Source of the DNA: Gemmatimonadales bacterium
GTDB lineage: Bacteria > Gemmatimonadota > Gemmatimonadetes > Gemmatimonadales > GWC2-71-9
Direction of reading: 5' to 3'
NCBI GenBank assembly: GCA_035763805.1
Contig: DASUAL010000077.1
Span: 9,461-73,460 of the forward strand
Length of the DNA: 64,000 nt
The notes under the pieces are model-generated. The model was not told the DNA's origin. It did no database searches and saw only the letters and a program-made list of their open reading frames with translations. The position numbers were made by a program, and so were the translations under genes. Below, piece by piece: positions 30,336-40,166 of the stretch (position 1 is its first letter; each line of letters opens with the position of its first letter).

Positions 30336-31836
30336 CCCGATTGCGGCCAGCCTGCTTGGCGCGGTACAGCGCGGCGTCCGCCGTGCTCCGCAGGTTGGCC
30401 ACCTCCCGCACGCTATCCGGGTAGGCCGCGACCCCGCAGGACAACGTGAGCGGATATGTGTCACCGTTCCAGTGCCACGTCGTGCGCTCGACGGTGTGAC
30501 GGATGCGCTCGGCCACCTCGAGACCGGACTCGATCGGGGTGTGCGGCATCCAGATCGCGAACTCCTCTCCCCCGATCCGCGCCACCAGATCCTTATCGCG
30601 CACCGCGCCCTCGAGGATTCGGGCTATGTGCCGCAGGGCGGAGTCGCCCGCCCCATGGCCGAACGTGTCGTTCAGTCGCTTGAAGTGGTCGAGATCCGCG
30701 TAGATGAGCGTGGCGATGGCGGGTGGCTGGCCGGCGGAGTGCTTGGCGAGCGCGCGGTCGAACTCCCGCCGGTTGCGCAGCCCCGTGAGCGGGTCGCTCA
30801 CCGCCCGCTGCTCCGCCTCGTACACGGCGCGCGCGGCTGCGAGGCGAGACCCCAACTCCGTGACGAGCCGCTGGATCTGCTCGGCGACGGGGCTGGCGGG
30901 CGGGATGGGCGGCCCCATGAGTACCAGCGCGCCGACCACGAAGTGACCGTCGAACACCGGGTACGCCGCGCCGGCGCGGTCCTGGCGCCGCCGGTCCGGC
31001 AGGGCGCTCCCGAGGATGTCCTCCGCGCCCTCGGTGACGACCGGCACGCCGGACTGCACGGCGCGCAGCGCCGGCGCGTCTGCCGGCAGCGTGAGCCCCG
31101 CGACCCGGCCGTCGGCGGCGGTCGAGACCGCCACGACCCGGGCACCGCCGGCGGCGGAGCCCATGCCGTGGAGCACGATCGCCGCGCCCCGCTGGGACAG
31201 CTGCTGGGCGAGCTCGACCCCGGCCTTGGCGATGCCTTCGAGCGTCTTGGCACCGGCGGCGATCGCCGCGAGCTGCTTGGCGACGAGCTGGCCCGCCTGC
31301 TCGCCCGGCTCCTCCAGCTGCGCCAGCCGCATGCTGGCGACCAGCCGCCGCAGCTCGTCGACGACGGCCTCGGCCAGCTCCGGTGACGCGTCTGGCTGTC
31401 CCAGCAGCAGCCCCGCGCCGAACGGAAAGTCGCCGACCGCGACGTAGGTGCCCTGCGGCTCGCGCGCCACGTGAGCGCGACCGTCCACGGAGGCGAGCTG
31501 CACGATCGCCGCGCCGCGGCGCCGCATATCGCTGCTCACGTCGTCCCTGCCCACCACCTCGACGTCCTCCTCGCGCAGCCCGACGACCCAACCGGCCTTC
31601 GCGCCGTGTGCGCGACGCAGCAGGTCGATCGTGTGCTCGAAGTCGGAGGGCCGGGTAACGGGCCTGTCCGAGAGCCAGATGCGGACCAGCGGCGCGAGCG
31701 CGAGCCCACCGGCGGCGAGGAAGCCGCCCGCGGCCGCGAGCAGCGCCCACAGGCTCGCGTGGAGCACCGCGTACACTACCCCGGCGAGGCCGAGCGCGGC
31801 GAGCCCGCGCCCGACCCATACCCCCTGCCGTTTCAT
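30310..31836 (-). CDS. Membrane-anchored GAF-GGDEF diguanylate cyclase
   Basis: DPLTGLRNRR, DLDHFKRLNDTFGHGAGD, RDKD I-site, RIGGEEF. N-terminal TM helices. ATG at 31836. Confidence 0.9.
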   Translation of the reverse strand: MKRQGVWVGRGLAALGLAGVVYAVLHASLWALLAAAGGFLAAGGLALAPLVRIWLSDRPVTRPSDFEHTIDLLRRAHGAKAGWVVGLREEDVEVVGRDDVSSDMRRRGAAIVQLASVDGRAHVAREPQGTYVAVGDFPFGAGLLLGQPDASPELAEAVVDELRRLVASMRLAQLEEPGEQAGQLVAKQLAAIAAGAKTLEGIAKAGVELAQQLSQRGAAIVLHGMGSAAGGARVVAVSTAADGRVAGLTLPADAPALRAVQSGVPVVTEGAEDILGSALPDRRRQDRAGAAYPVFDGHFVVGALVLMGPPIPPASPVAEQIQRLVTELGSRLAAARAVYEAEQRAVSDPLTGLRNRREFDRALAKHSAGQPPAIATLIYADLDHFKRLNDTFGHGAGDSALRHIARILEGAVRDKDLVARIGGEEFAIWMPHTPIESGLEVAERIRHTVERTTWHWNGDTYPLTLSCGVAAYPDSVREVANLRSTADAALYRAKQAGRNRVEKAPAAG

Positions 31837-32519
31837 GAGTGGTTGATACGGCTCGCGGCGGCGGCGGCGCCGAACCCGTTGTCGATATTGACCACGGTGA
31901 CGCCCGAGGCGCAGGAGTTGAGCATGCCGAGCAGGGCCGCGACGCCGCCGAACGAGGCCCCATAACCCACGCTCGTCGGCACGGCGATCACGGGTACGGG
32001 CACCAAGCCCCCGACGACGCTCGGGAGCGCGCCTTCCATCCCCGCCACGACGATAATGACAGCCGCGCGCCGCAGCGCGTCCGTCTGCGTCAGAATCCGG
32101 TGGATCCCCGCGACGCCTACGTCGGTAAGGCGGTCGACGCGGTTGCGGAGCGCGCGGGCGGTGACGGCCGCCTCTTCGGCCACCGGCAGGTCGCTGGTGC
32201 CGGCGGTGACCACGAGAATGGTGCCCCGCCCCGTCGGCTCGGGCTCGGGATCGGGCGGCAGGTACACGGTGCGACCCAGCTCGTTCACTTCGGCGCGCGA
32301 AAATCGTCCGCTGAGCGCCTCGCGGTGTGCCGCGTCCGCCCGGGTCACGAGGAAGCTGCCGCTCGCCGCCGCGAGGCGGTCGGCGATCCCGGCGACCTGA
32401 GCGGGCGTCTTCCCCTGACACAGGATCACCTCCTGGTACCCCTGCGTAACGGGCCGGAGATGATCGATCGTGGCGAAGGGGAGACGCTCGAGCAGCCGTC
32501 CGAGATCGTCGAGCATCAC
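31833..32519 (-). CDS. larB: Nickel pincer cofactor biosynthesis protein LarB (AIR-carboxylase-like)
   Basis: EVILCQGKT, VVTAGTSDLPVAEEA, DVGVAGIHR, AGMEGALPSVVGGL, AVPTSVGYG, NIDNGFGAA. Confidence 0.9.
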   Translation of the reverse strand: MMLDDLGRLLERLPFATIDHLRPVTQGYQEVILCQGKTPAQVAGIADRLAAASGSFLVTRADAAHREALSGRFSRAEVNELGRTVYLPPDPEPEPTGRGTILVVTAGTSDLPVAEEAAVTARALRNRVDRLTDVGVAGIHRILTQTDALRRAAVIIVVAGMEGALPSVVGGLVPVPVIAVPTSVGYGASFGGVAALLGMLNSCASGVTVVNIDNGFGAAAAASRINHS

Positions 32520-33505
32520 GCGGCCCGCGCCGTCGCGGGCTCCGCCAGGTATGCCGAGAAGATCGCCTCGGCCTGGCGCATCGATTCGACCTGAAGCAGC
32601 TGCTCGCGGAGCTGGGCAGCGCCGGGGACACCCTTCGTGTACCAGCCGAGGTGCTTGCGGAACTCGAGCACGGTTTTGCGCGTGTCGCCCTGAAGCCGGA
32701 GCGCCAAGCGGGCGTGCTCAAGGGCGGTCGCGAAGCGCTCGCTGGGCGTCGGATCGCAGCGCTTCGCCCCTCCGTCGAGAAGGTTCCTAGCCTGTGCGAA
32801 GATCCACGGGTTGCCGAACGAGCCGCGCGCGACCATGACGCCGGCACACCCGGTGTGGCGCCGCATCGCGACGACGTCCTCGGGCGTCGTGATGTCGCCA
32901 TTGCCGATCACGGGGATGTCGAGCGCCGCGACCACCCGAGCGATCTCGTCCCAGTCGGCGCTCCCCGAGAACATCTGGGTGCGGGTGCGGGCGTGCAGCG
33001 TGAGCGCCTGGGCCCCCGCTTCCCGGCAACGCAGCGCTATGGTCACTGGGTCGCGCTGGGTCTCGTCCCAGCCGCTTCGGATCTTCACGGTGACCGGGAG
33101 ATGGGTCGCCCCGCGCACCGCGCGGATGATGCTCTGGACCAGCCCGAGGTCCCTCAGGCACCCCGACCCGCCGTTGTTCTTCACGACCTTCTTGACGGGG
33201 CATCCGAAATTGAGGTCGATAAAGTCGGGCTTGCAGACCGCCGTCACCATTTCGGCAGCGCGCGCCATGACGGTGGCGTCCGCGCCGTAGAGCTGGATCC
33301 CGATCGGACGCTCCTGCGCCTCGAAGCGCATGTCCTCGAACAGGTGCTCGATGCCGCGGGCGACGCCCACGGCCGAGATGAACTCGGACACGACGACATC
33401 TGCCCCGAACTGGCGGCACAGCAGCCGGAACGGGGACTCCGACACCCCGGACATCGGCGCCAGGAAGAGCGGAAACTCGTGTGTGACCGGGTAGGGAAAC
33501 CGCAT
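32516..33505 (-). CDS. dusB: tRNA-dihydrouridine synthase DusB
   Basis: LAPMSGV, IDLNFGCPVKKV, TVKIRSGWD, LHART, GNGDI, ARGSFGNPW. ATG at 33505. Confidence 0.93.
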   Translation of the reverse strand: MRFPYPVTHEFPLFLAPMSGVSESPFRLLCRQFGADVVVSEFISAVGVARGIEHLFEDMRFEAQERPIGIQLYGADATVMARAAEMVTAVCKPDFIDLNFGCPVKKVVKNNGGSGCLRDLGLVQSIIRAVRGATHLPVTVKIRSGWDETQRDPVTIALRCREAGAQALTLHARTRTQMFSGSADWDEIARVVAALDIPVIGNGDITTPEDVVAMRRHTGCAGVMVARGSFGNPWIFAQARNLLDGGAKRCDPTPSERFATALEHARLALRLQGDTRKTVLEFRKHLGWYTKGVPGAAQLREQLLQVESMRQAEAIFSAYLAEPATARAA

Positions 33506-33512
33506 GCGGGAC

Positions 33513-33555
33513 AACGTAATGATGCGTTGCATAAGGGGCAACCAGTCATTACGTT
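33513..33555. promoter_or_regulatory. Palindromic bidirectional sigma70 promoter (dusB / PTS IIA)
   Basis: + strand: TTGCAT-N17-TACGTT. - strand: TTGCCC-N17-TACGTT. AACGTAATGA/TCATTACGTT form a perfect 10-bp IR. Confidence 0.65.
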
Positions 33556-33585
33556 ACGCGGCCGTCCTGACCTTGAGCGAACGCC

Positions 33586-34038
33586 TTGCGCCTGCGCGAG
33601 TTCTTTTCCGAAGACGGCATCAACCTCCAGCTGCAGAGCACCGCCAAGGACGAGGTGCTGAAGGAGCTGGTCGGGCTGCTCAAGCTCGACGACAAGGCCG
33701 AGCAGACTCTCGTGAAGATGCTCAAGCGGCGCGAGACACTCGGTTCGACCGGTATCGGCCAGCACATCGCGATCCCGCACTGTCGGGCGCTCGCCGTGAA
33801 CCGCCTCCGGGTCGCCTTCGGCCGCAAGCTCCAGGGCATCGACTTCAACGCCATCGACGGCAAGCCCGTCCATTATTTCTTCCTCATCGTGGCGCCTCCA
33901 CTCGAGGTTTCCAACCAGTATCTCCCCGTCCTGGGCAAGATCGCGCAGTTCGCCAAAGAGGCGGACGTGCCCGATCGGCTCGCCAGGTTGAATACCGCGC
34001 AGGAGTTGTTGCAGCTGCTGGAAGAGAAGAACATCTGA
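33586..34038 (+). CDS. PTS EIIA (PtsN-like) protein
   Basis: RRETLGSTGIGQHIAIPHCR, FNAIDGKPVHYFFLIVAP. TTG start. Confidence 0.9.
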   Translation: MRLREFFSEDGINLQLQSTAKDEVLKELVGLLKLDDKAEQTLVKMLKRRETLGSTGIGQHIAIPHCRALAVNRLRVAFGRKLQGIDFNAIDGKPVHYFFLIVAPPLEVSNQYLPVLGKIAQFAKEADVPDRLARLNTAQELLQLLEEKNI

Positions 34039-34076
34039 AGGCGTTGCCGGTTGCCGGAGAGGCGTTGCCGATTGCC
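34039..34076. repeat. Left heptamer arm of the four-helix-bundle cassette
   Basis: AGG-CGTTGCC-GGTTGCC-GGAGAGG-CGTTGCC-GATTGCC, beginning immediately after the PTS IIA stop. Confidence 0.8.
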
Positions 34077-34147
34077 TTGCCGACAAGTGATACAGGCGCG
34101 CGTCCGAATGATGATGCTCTGCCGAGATTTCTTTCTAGCTTTGCCAC

Positions 34148-34543
34148 GTGGGCGATTTCCGAAAGCTCGTCGCCTGGCAGGAGGCAAAGCGACTGGCCGT
34201 CCTGTCTCGTGATGCCGTCCAGTCGCTGCCGCGGGCAGAGGTTTTCGCGCTTGGCGCGCAATGGCGCCGTGCGGCTTACAGCATTGCCCTGAACATCGCT
34301 GAGGGAGCGACTCAGGCCAGCCCACGCCAGTTCAGGCGTTACTTGGAAATCGCGAAGGGCTCCCTGGACGAGCTCCAGGCGGTGCTGGAGCTCGCTGAGG
34401 CCCTGGGCTACCTCTCCGGCGCCAGACTCAGCGAACTCCGTCTGGCCCGCACCCACTGCGCCCGACTGGTTACGGCCCTAGCCGGGAGCATTTCACCTGG
34501 CAGAGACGCCTCTCCCGGCAACGCCCCTTCCGACAACCGGTAA
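34148..34543 (+). CDS. Four helix bundle protein (23S rRNA IVP / Avd-like family)
   Basis: FRKLVAWQEA, LPRAEVFAL..Q.RRAAYSIALNIAEG, FRRYLEIAKGSLDEL, LGYL. Confidence 0.92.
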   Translation: MGDFRKLVAWQEAKRLAVLSRDAVQSLPRAEVFALGAQWRRAAYSIALNIAEGATQASPRQFRRYLEIAKGSLDELQAVLELAEALGYLSGARLSELRLARTHCARLVTALAGSISPGRDASPGNAPSDNR

Positions 34544-34548
34544 CGCCT
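34499..34548. repeat. Right heptamer arm (inverted) of the four-helix-bundle cassette
   Basis: ACG-CCTCTCC-C-GGCAACG-CCCCTTCC-GACAACC-GGTAACG-CCT. The terminal 17 nt match the reverse complement of the left arm at 15/17. Ends at the guaA stop. Confidence 0.8.
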
Positions 34549-36107
34549 CACTCCCACTCGATGGTCGCCGGCGGCTTGGAACTGACGTCGTACACCACGC
34601 GATTCACCCCGCGGACCTCATTGATGATCCGGCTGCTGATCCGCCCCAGCATCTCCGGCGGGAACGGAAACCAATCCGCCGTCATGCCGTCGCGGCTGGT
34701 CACGGCACGCAGGGCAACCACGTGATCATAGGTCCGCCCATCTCCCATCACGCCGACCGACTTGATGGGGAGGAGCACCGCGAACGCCTGCCAGATCTGG
34801 TCGTACAACCCCGCGGAGCGGATCTCCTCGATGTAGATGGCATCCACCCGGCGCAGCAGGTGGAGCCGCTCCTCCGTGACCGGGCCCAGCACCCGGATCG
34901 CCAGGCCTGGACCGGGGAACGGATGACGCCCGACGATCTCTTCGGGGAGGCCCAGCTCGCGCCCCACCTGGCGCACCTCGTCTTTGAACAGTTCGCGCAG
35001 CGGCTCGATCAGCGTCCACGGCAGATCGGGTCGCAGCCCTCCGACATTGTGGTGCGTCTTGATGGTGACCGACGGGCCGCCGAATGGCGACGCGGATTCG
35101 ATGACGTCCGGATAGAGCGTCCCCTGCACCAGAAACCCGACGTCGCCCGCGACCTGCCGGGCCGCGTCCTCGAACACGTCGATGAACGTGTGCCCGATGC
35201 GGCGCCGTTTCTCCTCGGGATCCTCGACACCCGACAGCTCGGCGAGGAACCGCTCGCCCGCATCCACCACCCGGAGGTCGATGCCGAGGTGTGCCCGGAA
35301 CGTCCGCTCAACCTGGTCGCGCTCGTTGAGGCGCAGCAGTCCGTGGTCCACAAACAGGCACGTGAGCCGGCTGCCGATGGCGCGGTGCACCAGCGCCGCG
35401 GCGACGCCCGAGTCCACACCGCCCGACAGGCCGCAGATCGCGTGCTTGGCCGGACCCACCAGGGCCCGGATACGCTCCACCTCCTGCGCGATGAAGTGAC
35501 CCGGGGTCCAATCGGGCGTACAGCCGCAGATCGCGAACAGGAAGTTGTGAAGGATCTCGCCGCCCCGCGGGGTGTGGGCGACCTCGGGGTGAAACAGGAC
35601 GCCGAATAGCGGCTTCGACTCGTGCTGCATCGCCGCCACCGGAGCGTTGGCGCTCGAGGCCAGCACGCGGAACCCGGGCGGCGGCGTGTCGATCCTGTCG
35701 CCGTGACTCGCCCACACCTGGATGCAGGTCTGCGGCTCGAATCCCGCGAACAGCCCTCCCGCCGTCGCTTCGCGGATCGCGACGTCGGCGCGGCCGTACT
35801 CGCGCTCGGGCGACGGCGTCACCCTGCCACCCGCCAGGTGCGCCACGAGCTGCATGCCGTAGCAGATGCCGAACACGGGAATCCCCAGGTCGAGGATCTC
35901 CGGGTCCGCGGTGGGCGCGCCGCGGTCGAAGACGGAGTTCGGCCCGCCCGAGAGAATGATGCCGCGCGGCGCGAACTGCCTGATGAACGCGAGCTCGGTC
36001 CCCCGCGCGGCAGGATGAATCTCGCAGTACACGTGCGCCTCGCGCACTCGGCGTGCGATCAGCTGGGTGTACTGCGACCCATAGTCGAGAATGAGGATGC
36101 GGTTCAC
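34548..36107 (-). CDS. guaA: GMP synthase (glutamine-hydrolysing)
   Basis: [66 protein letters not shown] at 36107. Confidence 0.97.
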   Translation of the reverse strand: MNRILILDYGSQYTQLIARRVREAHVYCEIHPAARGTELAFIRQFAPRGIILSGGPNSVFDRGAPTADPEILDLGIPVFGICYGMQLVAHLAGGRVTPSPEREYGRADVAIREATAGGLFAGFEPQTCIQVWASHGDRIDTPPPGFRVLASSANAPVAAMQHESKPLFGVLFHPEVAHTPRGGEILHNFLFAICGCTPDWTPGHFIAQEVERIRALVGPAKHAICGLSGGVDSGVAAALVHRAIGSRLTCLFVDHGLLRLNERDQVERTFRAHLGIDLRVVDAGERFLAELSGVEDPEEKRRRIGHTFIDVFEDAARQVAGDVGFLVQGTLYPDVIESASPFGGPSVTIKTHHNVGGLRPDLPWTLIEPLRELFKDEVRQVGRELGLPEEIVGRHPFPGPGLAIRVLGPVTEERLHLLRRVDAIYIEEIRSAGLYDQIWQAFAVLLPIKSVGVMGDGRTYDHVVALRAVTSRDGMTADWFPFPPEMLGRISSRIINEVRGVNRVVYDVSSKPPATIEWE

Positions 36108-37366
36108 GCCCGGTACCACGTGGTGGGCTCGAGGATCTCCCCCCGTAGCAGGTCGTCGAGCGTCTCGCGTTGCCGCGCTACGTAATAGCGGTCGCCCTCC
36201 ACGAGCACCTCGGGCGGCCGCGGTCGCTGGTTGTAGGTCGAGCTCATCACGAATCCGTAGGCGCCGGTGCCGAGCACCGCCAAGTACTCCCCCGGTTCCA
36301 CGGGCGGCAGCCTGCGATCGAGCGCCAGGAAGTCGCCGGATTCGCAGATCGGGCCCACGACATTCACCATCTCCTCGGGTCCCTCCACCCCCTTGCCGTC
36401 CTTGAGCGGCACGATCTCGTGATGCGCGTTGTAGTGGCTCGGGCGCACGAAATCGGTCATCCCGGCATCCACCACTACGAAGTCCTTGCCTCCCGCGTGC
36501 TTGCGGTACAGCACCCGGGTGAGCAGCACGCCCGCATTGGCGACGAGGTAGCGCCCCGGCTCGCACAGCAGCGAGAGCCCTGCCTGGCTCAGCGGCGGCG
36601 CTACCGCGTCGGCGAACGCCTTGGGACTCGGCGCCCGCTCGTTGTGGTAGCGAACTCCCAGCCCGCCCCCGACGTCGATTGCTTCGATCGTGGCGATGCC
36701 GGAGGCGCGCAGGGCCGTCACCAGCTCCAACAGCTTGATGGTCCCCCGGCGGTAGGGCTCCACGTCCGTGATCTGCGAGCCGATGTGCATCGCGAGCCCC
36801 CGCAACACGAGCACCGGCTCGGCCGCGATGCGCTGCGCGACCGCGACCACTTCGTCGTAGGGGACGCCGAACTTCGCGGTCTTCTCTCCGGTCTTGGTGT
36901 AGGGGTGTGTCTCGGTGGCGACGTCGGGGTTCACGCGGATGCCGAGACTCGCCCGTTTCTTGAGCTGGCGGGCGACGGCGACGACGACGTCCAGCTCGGC
37001 GGGCGACTCGATGTTGAGAAACCCCACCCCGGTGCGCAACGCTTCCTCGAGCTCGGGCATGGTCTTGCCCACGCCGGAGAACACGATCGACCCTGCATCG
37101 AAGCCGGCGGCGAGCGCGCGTCGTAGCTCGCCCACCGACACGATATCGGCGCCCGCGCCCAGCTGCTTGAGCACCTTGAGGACGCCGATGTTGCCGTTCG
37201 CCTTGACCGAGTAGCAGATGCGGTGAGGCACGGCCTGCAACGCGTCGGACAGGGCGTGATACTGGGCCCGGATGAGATTCGCGCTGTAGACGTATACCGG
37301 CGTGCCCACGCGCTCCGCGATGCCGCGGAGCAGCGCGGGGTCGAAGCCTAGTACGCCTGCCCCCAC
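36104..37366 (-). CDS. lysA: Diaminopimelate decarboxylase
   Basis: [56 protein letters not shown] at 37366 with GGAGG. Confidence 0.95.
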   Translation of the reverse strand: MGAGVLGFDPALLRGIAERVGTPVYVYSANLIRAQYHALSDALQAVPHRICYSVKANGNIGVLKVLKQLGAGADIVSVGELRRALAAGFDAGSIVFSGVGKTMPELEEALRTGVGFLNIESPAELDVVVAVARQLKKRASLGIRVNPDVATETHPYTKTGEKTAKFGVPYDEVVAVAQRIAAEPVLVLRGLAMHIGSQITDVEPYRRGTIKLLELVTALRASGIATIEAIDVGGGLGVRYHNERAPSPKAFADAVAPPLSQAGLSLLCEPGRYLVANAGVLLTRVLYRKHAGGKDFVVVDAGMTDFVRPSHYNAHHEIVPLKDGKGVEGPEEMVNVVGPICESGDFLALDRRLPPVEPGEYLAVLGTGAYGFVMSSTYNQRPRPPEVLVEGDRYYVARQRETLDDLLRGEILEPTTWYRA

Positions 37367-38847
37367 ACCGCCTCCGCGACGCTGGGCCTGCCGCACCACA
37401 GGCACGTCTTGGGCGCCTCGGGCGAGCGAAATTCGGGATCGGGGAGCACACGCACCGTGGCGGCCGTTTCCCGCTTGATCTGGGCCTCGCATTCGACCGA
37501 GCCGCAGAAGCCGCCGTAGGCGAACCCGCCGGCGTCCTTCATGAACTCGATGAACGTCTGCTTCGTGGGGCCGCGGATCGAGTGCGCCTCGCGCCGCTCC
37601 CGCGCCGCGTTGAACAGGCCCGCCTGGATCTCGCCCAGGGCCGCGCGCACCGCCCCCCCCCGGCCGATCGCGTCGAGCCGCATCGGGGCCTTGCCCCCGG
37701 TGCGACGGGCGGCCACCGCCTGACCCGCCGCGACGTCCCGGGGCCCGACCTCCAGGCGCAGCGGCACCCCCTTCGCCTCCCACTCGAAGTACTTCGCCCC
37801 GGGCTTCAGGTTCTCACGCAGGTCGAGCTCCACCCGCAGCCCCGCCTGGGCGAGCTCGTCTCTCAGCTGGCCCCCGATACCTGACACCTGCGACCTTTCC
37901 TCGTCAGATTTCCAGATCGGGACGATCGCCACCTGCACCGGCGCCAGCTTGGGCGGGCAGATCACGCCGTGGTCGTCCCCGTGAGTCATGACCAGCCCGC
38001 CGATCATCCGCGTCGAGACGCCCCACGAGGTGTTCCAGACGTACTCCAGGCCGCCCGCCGCAGTCTGGTACTGCACGTTGAACGCCTTGGCGAAGTTCTG
38101 ACCGAGGTTGTGCGAGGTGCCGGCCTGCAGCGCCTTGTTGTCCTGCATCAGTGCTTCGAGTGCATAGGTGCGCAACGCACCGGCGAACTTCTCGCTGTCG
38201 GTCTTGCGGCCGGTGATGACCGGCATCGCCATCCACTCTTCCTGGAACCGGCGGTAGACGCCGAGCATTTGCCTCGCCTCGGCCTCCGCCTCGGCTTCCG
38301 TGGCGTGCGCGGTGTGCCCTTCCTGCCAGAGAAACTCCGTCGTCCGCAAGAACAGCCGCGTGCGGAACTCCCAGCGCACGATGTTCGCCCACTGGTTCAT
38401 GAGCAGAGGCAGGTCGCGGTAGCTCTGGATCCACTTCGCGAACATCGCGTAGATGATCGTCTCGGACGTCGGCCGCACGACGAGCGGCTCCTCGAGCTTC
38501 GATTCGGGGTCCACCGCGATCGCCTCGGCGCCGGTTTTTCCCGTCGCCTTGAGGCGCGTGTGGGTCACGAGCGCCACTTCCTTCGCGAAGCCCTCCACGT
38601 GCTCGGCCTCCTTCGCGAGGAAGCTCATGGGGATGAACAGCGGGAAGTACGCATTCCGGTGGCCCGTCGCCTTGAACATGTCGTCCAGGGCGCCCTGCAT
38701 CAGCTCCCAGATGCGGTAGCCGTGCGGCCGGATCACCATGCACCCGCGCACCGGCGAATAGTCCGCGAGCTCGGCCTGCATGATGACGTCGTTGTACCAC
38801 TCGCTGAAGTCTTTAGCGCGCGGGGTGATCTTCTGGGCTTGTGCCAT
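37348..38847 (-). CDS. proS: Proline--tRNA ligase (archaeal/eukaryotic-type, no editing insertion)
   Basis: [56 protein letters not shown]. Confidence 0.96.
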   Translation of the reverse strand: MAQAQKITPRAKDFSEWYNDVIMQAELADYSPVRGCMVIRPHGYRIWELMQGALDDMFKATGHRNAYFPLFIPMSFLAKEAEHVEGFAKEVALVTHTRLKATGKTGAEAIAVDPESKLEEPLVVRPTSETIIYAMFAKWIQSYRDLPLLMNQWANIVRWEFRTRLFLRTTEFLWQEGHTAHATEAEAEAEARQMLGVYRRFQEEWMAMPVITGRKTDSEKFAGALRTYALEALMQDNKALQAGTSHNLGQNFAKAFNVQYQTAAGGLEYVWNTSWGVSTRMIGGLVMTHGDDHGVICPPKLAPVQVAIVPIWKSDEERSQVSGIGGQLRDELAQAGLRVELDLRENLKPGAKYFEWEAKGVPLRLEVGPRDVAAGQAVAARRTGGKAPMRLDAIGRGGAVRAALGEIQAGLFNAARERREAHSIRGPTKQTFIEFMKDAGGFAYGGFCGSVECEAQIKRETAATVRVLPDPEFRSPEAPKTCLWCGRPSVAEAVWGQAY

Positions 38848-40130
38848 CAGCGGAAGAATCCGTTGAGCAGCGTGGCGACCGGTACCTTCTCCTCCGTGCC
38901 CGCCTGGAGGTCCCGTACGACCACCACGCCGGCGGATCGCTCTTCGGGCCCGACGATCACCGCCCGTGGCGCGCCGCGCGCCGCCGCGAGCTCGAGCTGC
39001 TTGCGGATCGGGGCGTGCCGGAGCCCGTACTCCACCGCGATGCCGCGGTCGCGCAGCTCGTGGGCGAGCTTGAGCACGTGGGGCAGATCCTCACTCCCCA
39101 CTGCTGCCAAGAAGGCGTCGACCGACGCCGACGCCTTGAGCGGCAGGCCGCGCTCCTTCAACAATTCGCCGAGGACGACATCTCCCATACCAAAGCCAAG
39201 TGCGGGCAGATCGACGCCTCCGAGCGCCTTGAGCAGCCCGTCGTAGCGCCCGCCGCCGCAGATCGCCCGTGACGACTTCCCCGTGTCGAACAGCTCGAAC
39301 ACAATGCCTGTGTAGTAGGCCAGCCCCCGAACGATGGTCAGATCGACTTCGACGAAATCGCACAGGCCCATCGCCTCGAGCGCGCGGAGAGCCTCGGCGA
39401 GCGGCTCCCCCGCGGCGGCCGTCTGGACGCCAGCCAAGGCGCGCTCCACCGCCTGCAGGCCCTTGAGCTGCGCCACGTCGAACACGGCTTCCACTGCCTT
39501 GCCGGTGACACCTTCCCGCTTCAGCCGCTGCGCTAGCGCGTCCCGCGGCTCCCGCTCGCTCTTGTCGATCGCCGCGTATGCCGCAGGCAGGTCTCTTTCG
39601 CTCAGGCCGTGGCCGAGCAGCAGCGCCCGGAGCACGCGCCGGTCGGACACCCGCAACCTCACGTCCGCCGTCCCGAACCCGAATGCCCGCATGATGTCGA
39701 TCGCCGCCGCCATCAGCTCGGCGTCAGCGAGCGCCCCTGCCTCGCCGATCAGGTCCATGTTGAGCTGGAAGTGCTCCCGCAAGCGGCCCCGCTGCTGTCG
39801 TTCGTAGCGGAACAACTGGGGGATCGAGAACCAGCGGATCGGCTTCTTGAGCGCTTGGGCCCGCGCCCCGACCATCCGGGCCAGGGTTGGCGTCATTTCG
39901 GGGCGAAGCGCCACCTCCCGGTCGCCCTTGTCCCGGAAGGCGTACAGCTGCTGCACGATCTCGTCCCCGCTCTTCCGCGTGTAGAGCTCCAGAGGCTCGA
40001 GCGGGGGGCCATCGTACTCCTGGAAGCCATACCGCCTCGCCACGTCGCGCCAGGTGGCGAAGATGTGGTTGCGGAGAGCGGTTTCTTCAGGGTATGAGTC
40101 GCGAAAGCCTGGTAGGGCTTGTCCTTGCAT
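38847..40130 (-). CDS. hisS: Histidine--tRNA ligase
   Basis: PGFRD, LRPEMT, FRYERQQRGRLREH, VRGLAYYTG, GGGRYD, GFGMG. Confidence 0.96.
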   Translation of the reverse strand: MQGQALPGFRDSYPEETALRNHIFATWRDVARRYGFQEYDGPPLEPLELYTRKSGDEIVQQLYAFRDKGDREVALRPEMTPTLARMVGARAQALKKPIRWFSIPQLFRYERQQRGRLREHFQLNMDLIGEAGALADAELMAAAIDIMRAFGFGTADVRLRVSDRRVLRALLLGHGLSERDLPAAYAAIDKSEREPRDALAQRLKREGVTGKAVEAVFDVAQLKGLQAVERALAGVQTAAAGEPLAEALRALEAMGLCDFVEVDLTIVRGLAYYTGIVFELFDTGKSSRAICGGGRYDGLLKALGGVDLPALGFGMGDVVLGELLKERGLPLKASASVDAFLAAVGSEDLPHVLKLAHELRDRGIAVEYGLRHAPIRKQLELAAARGAPRAVIVGPEERSAGVVVVRDLQAGTEEKVPVATLLNGFFR

Positions 40131-40136
40131 CACAGC

Positions 40137-40166
40137 AATTTACCCGACCGGCGCGAAGCCCGGCAA
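40137..40166 (-). promoter_or_regulatory. Leaderless-type internal promoter of hisS
   Basis: TTGCCG-N18-TAAATT, then 6 nt to ATG at 40130. The TAA is the folC stop. Confidence 0.45.

Noticed and set aside
30177-30464. 95-aa ORF ending ANSELALAA
   Set aside because: This is the tmRNA tag frame extended upstream, not a protein gene.
30310-31836. Hypr (cGAMP-making) GGDEF as partner of the RxxQ HD-GYP
   Set aside because: The specificity position is the canonical Asp (NDTFGHGAGD), so c-di-GMP synthesis is predicted.
34148-34543. Diversity-generating retroelement (Avd-like gene)
   Set aside because: No reverse transcriptase and no TR/VR repeat pair in the window.
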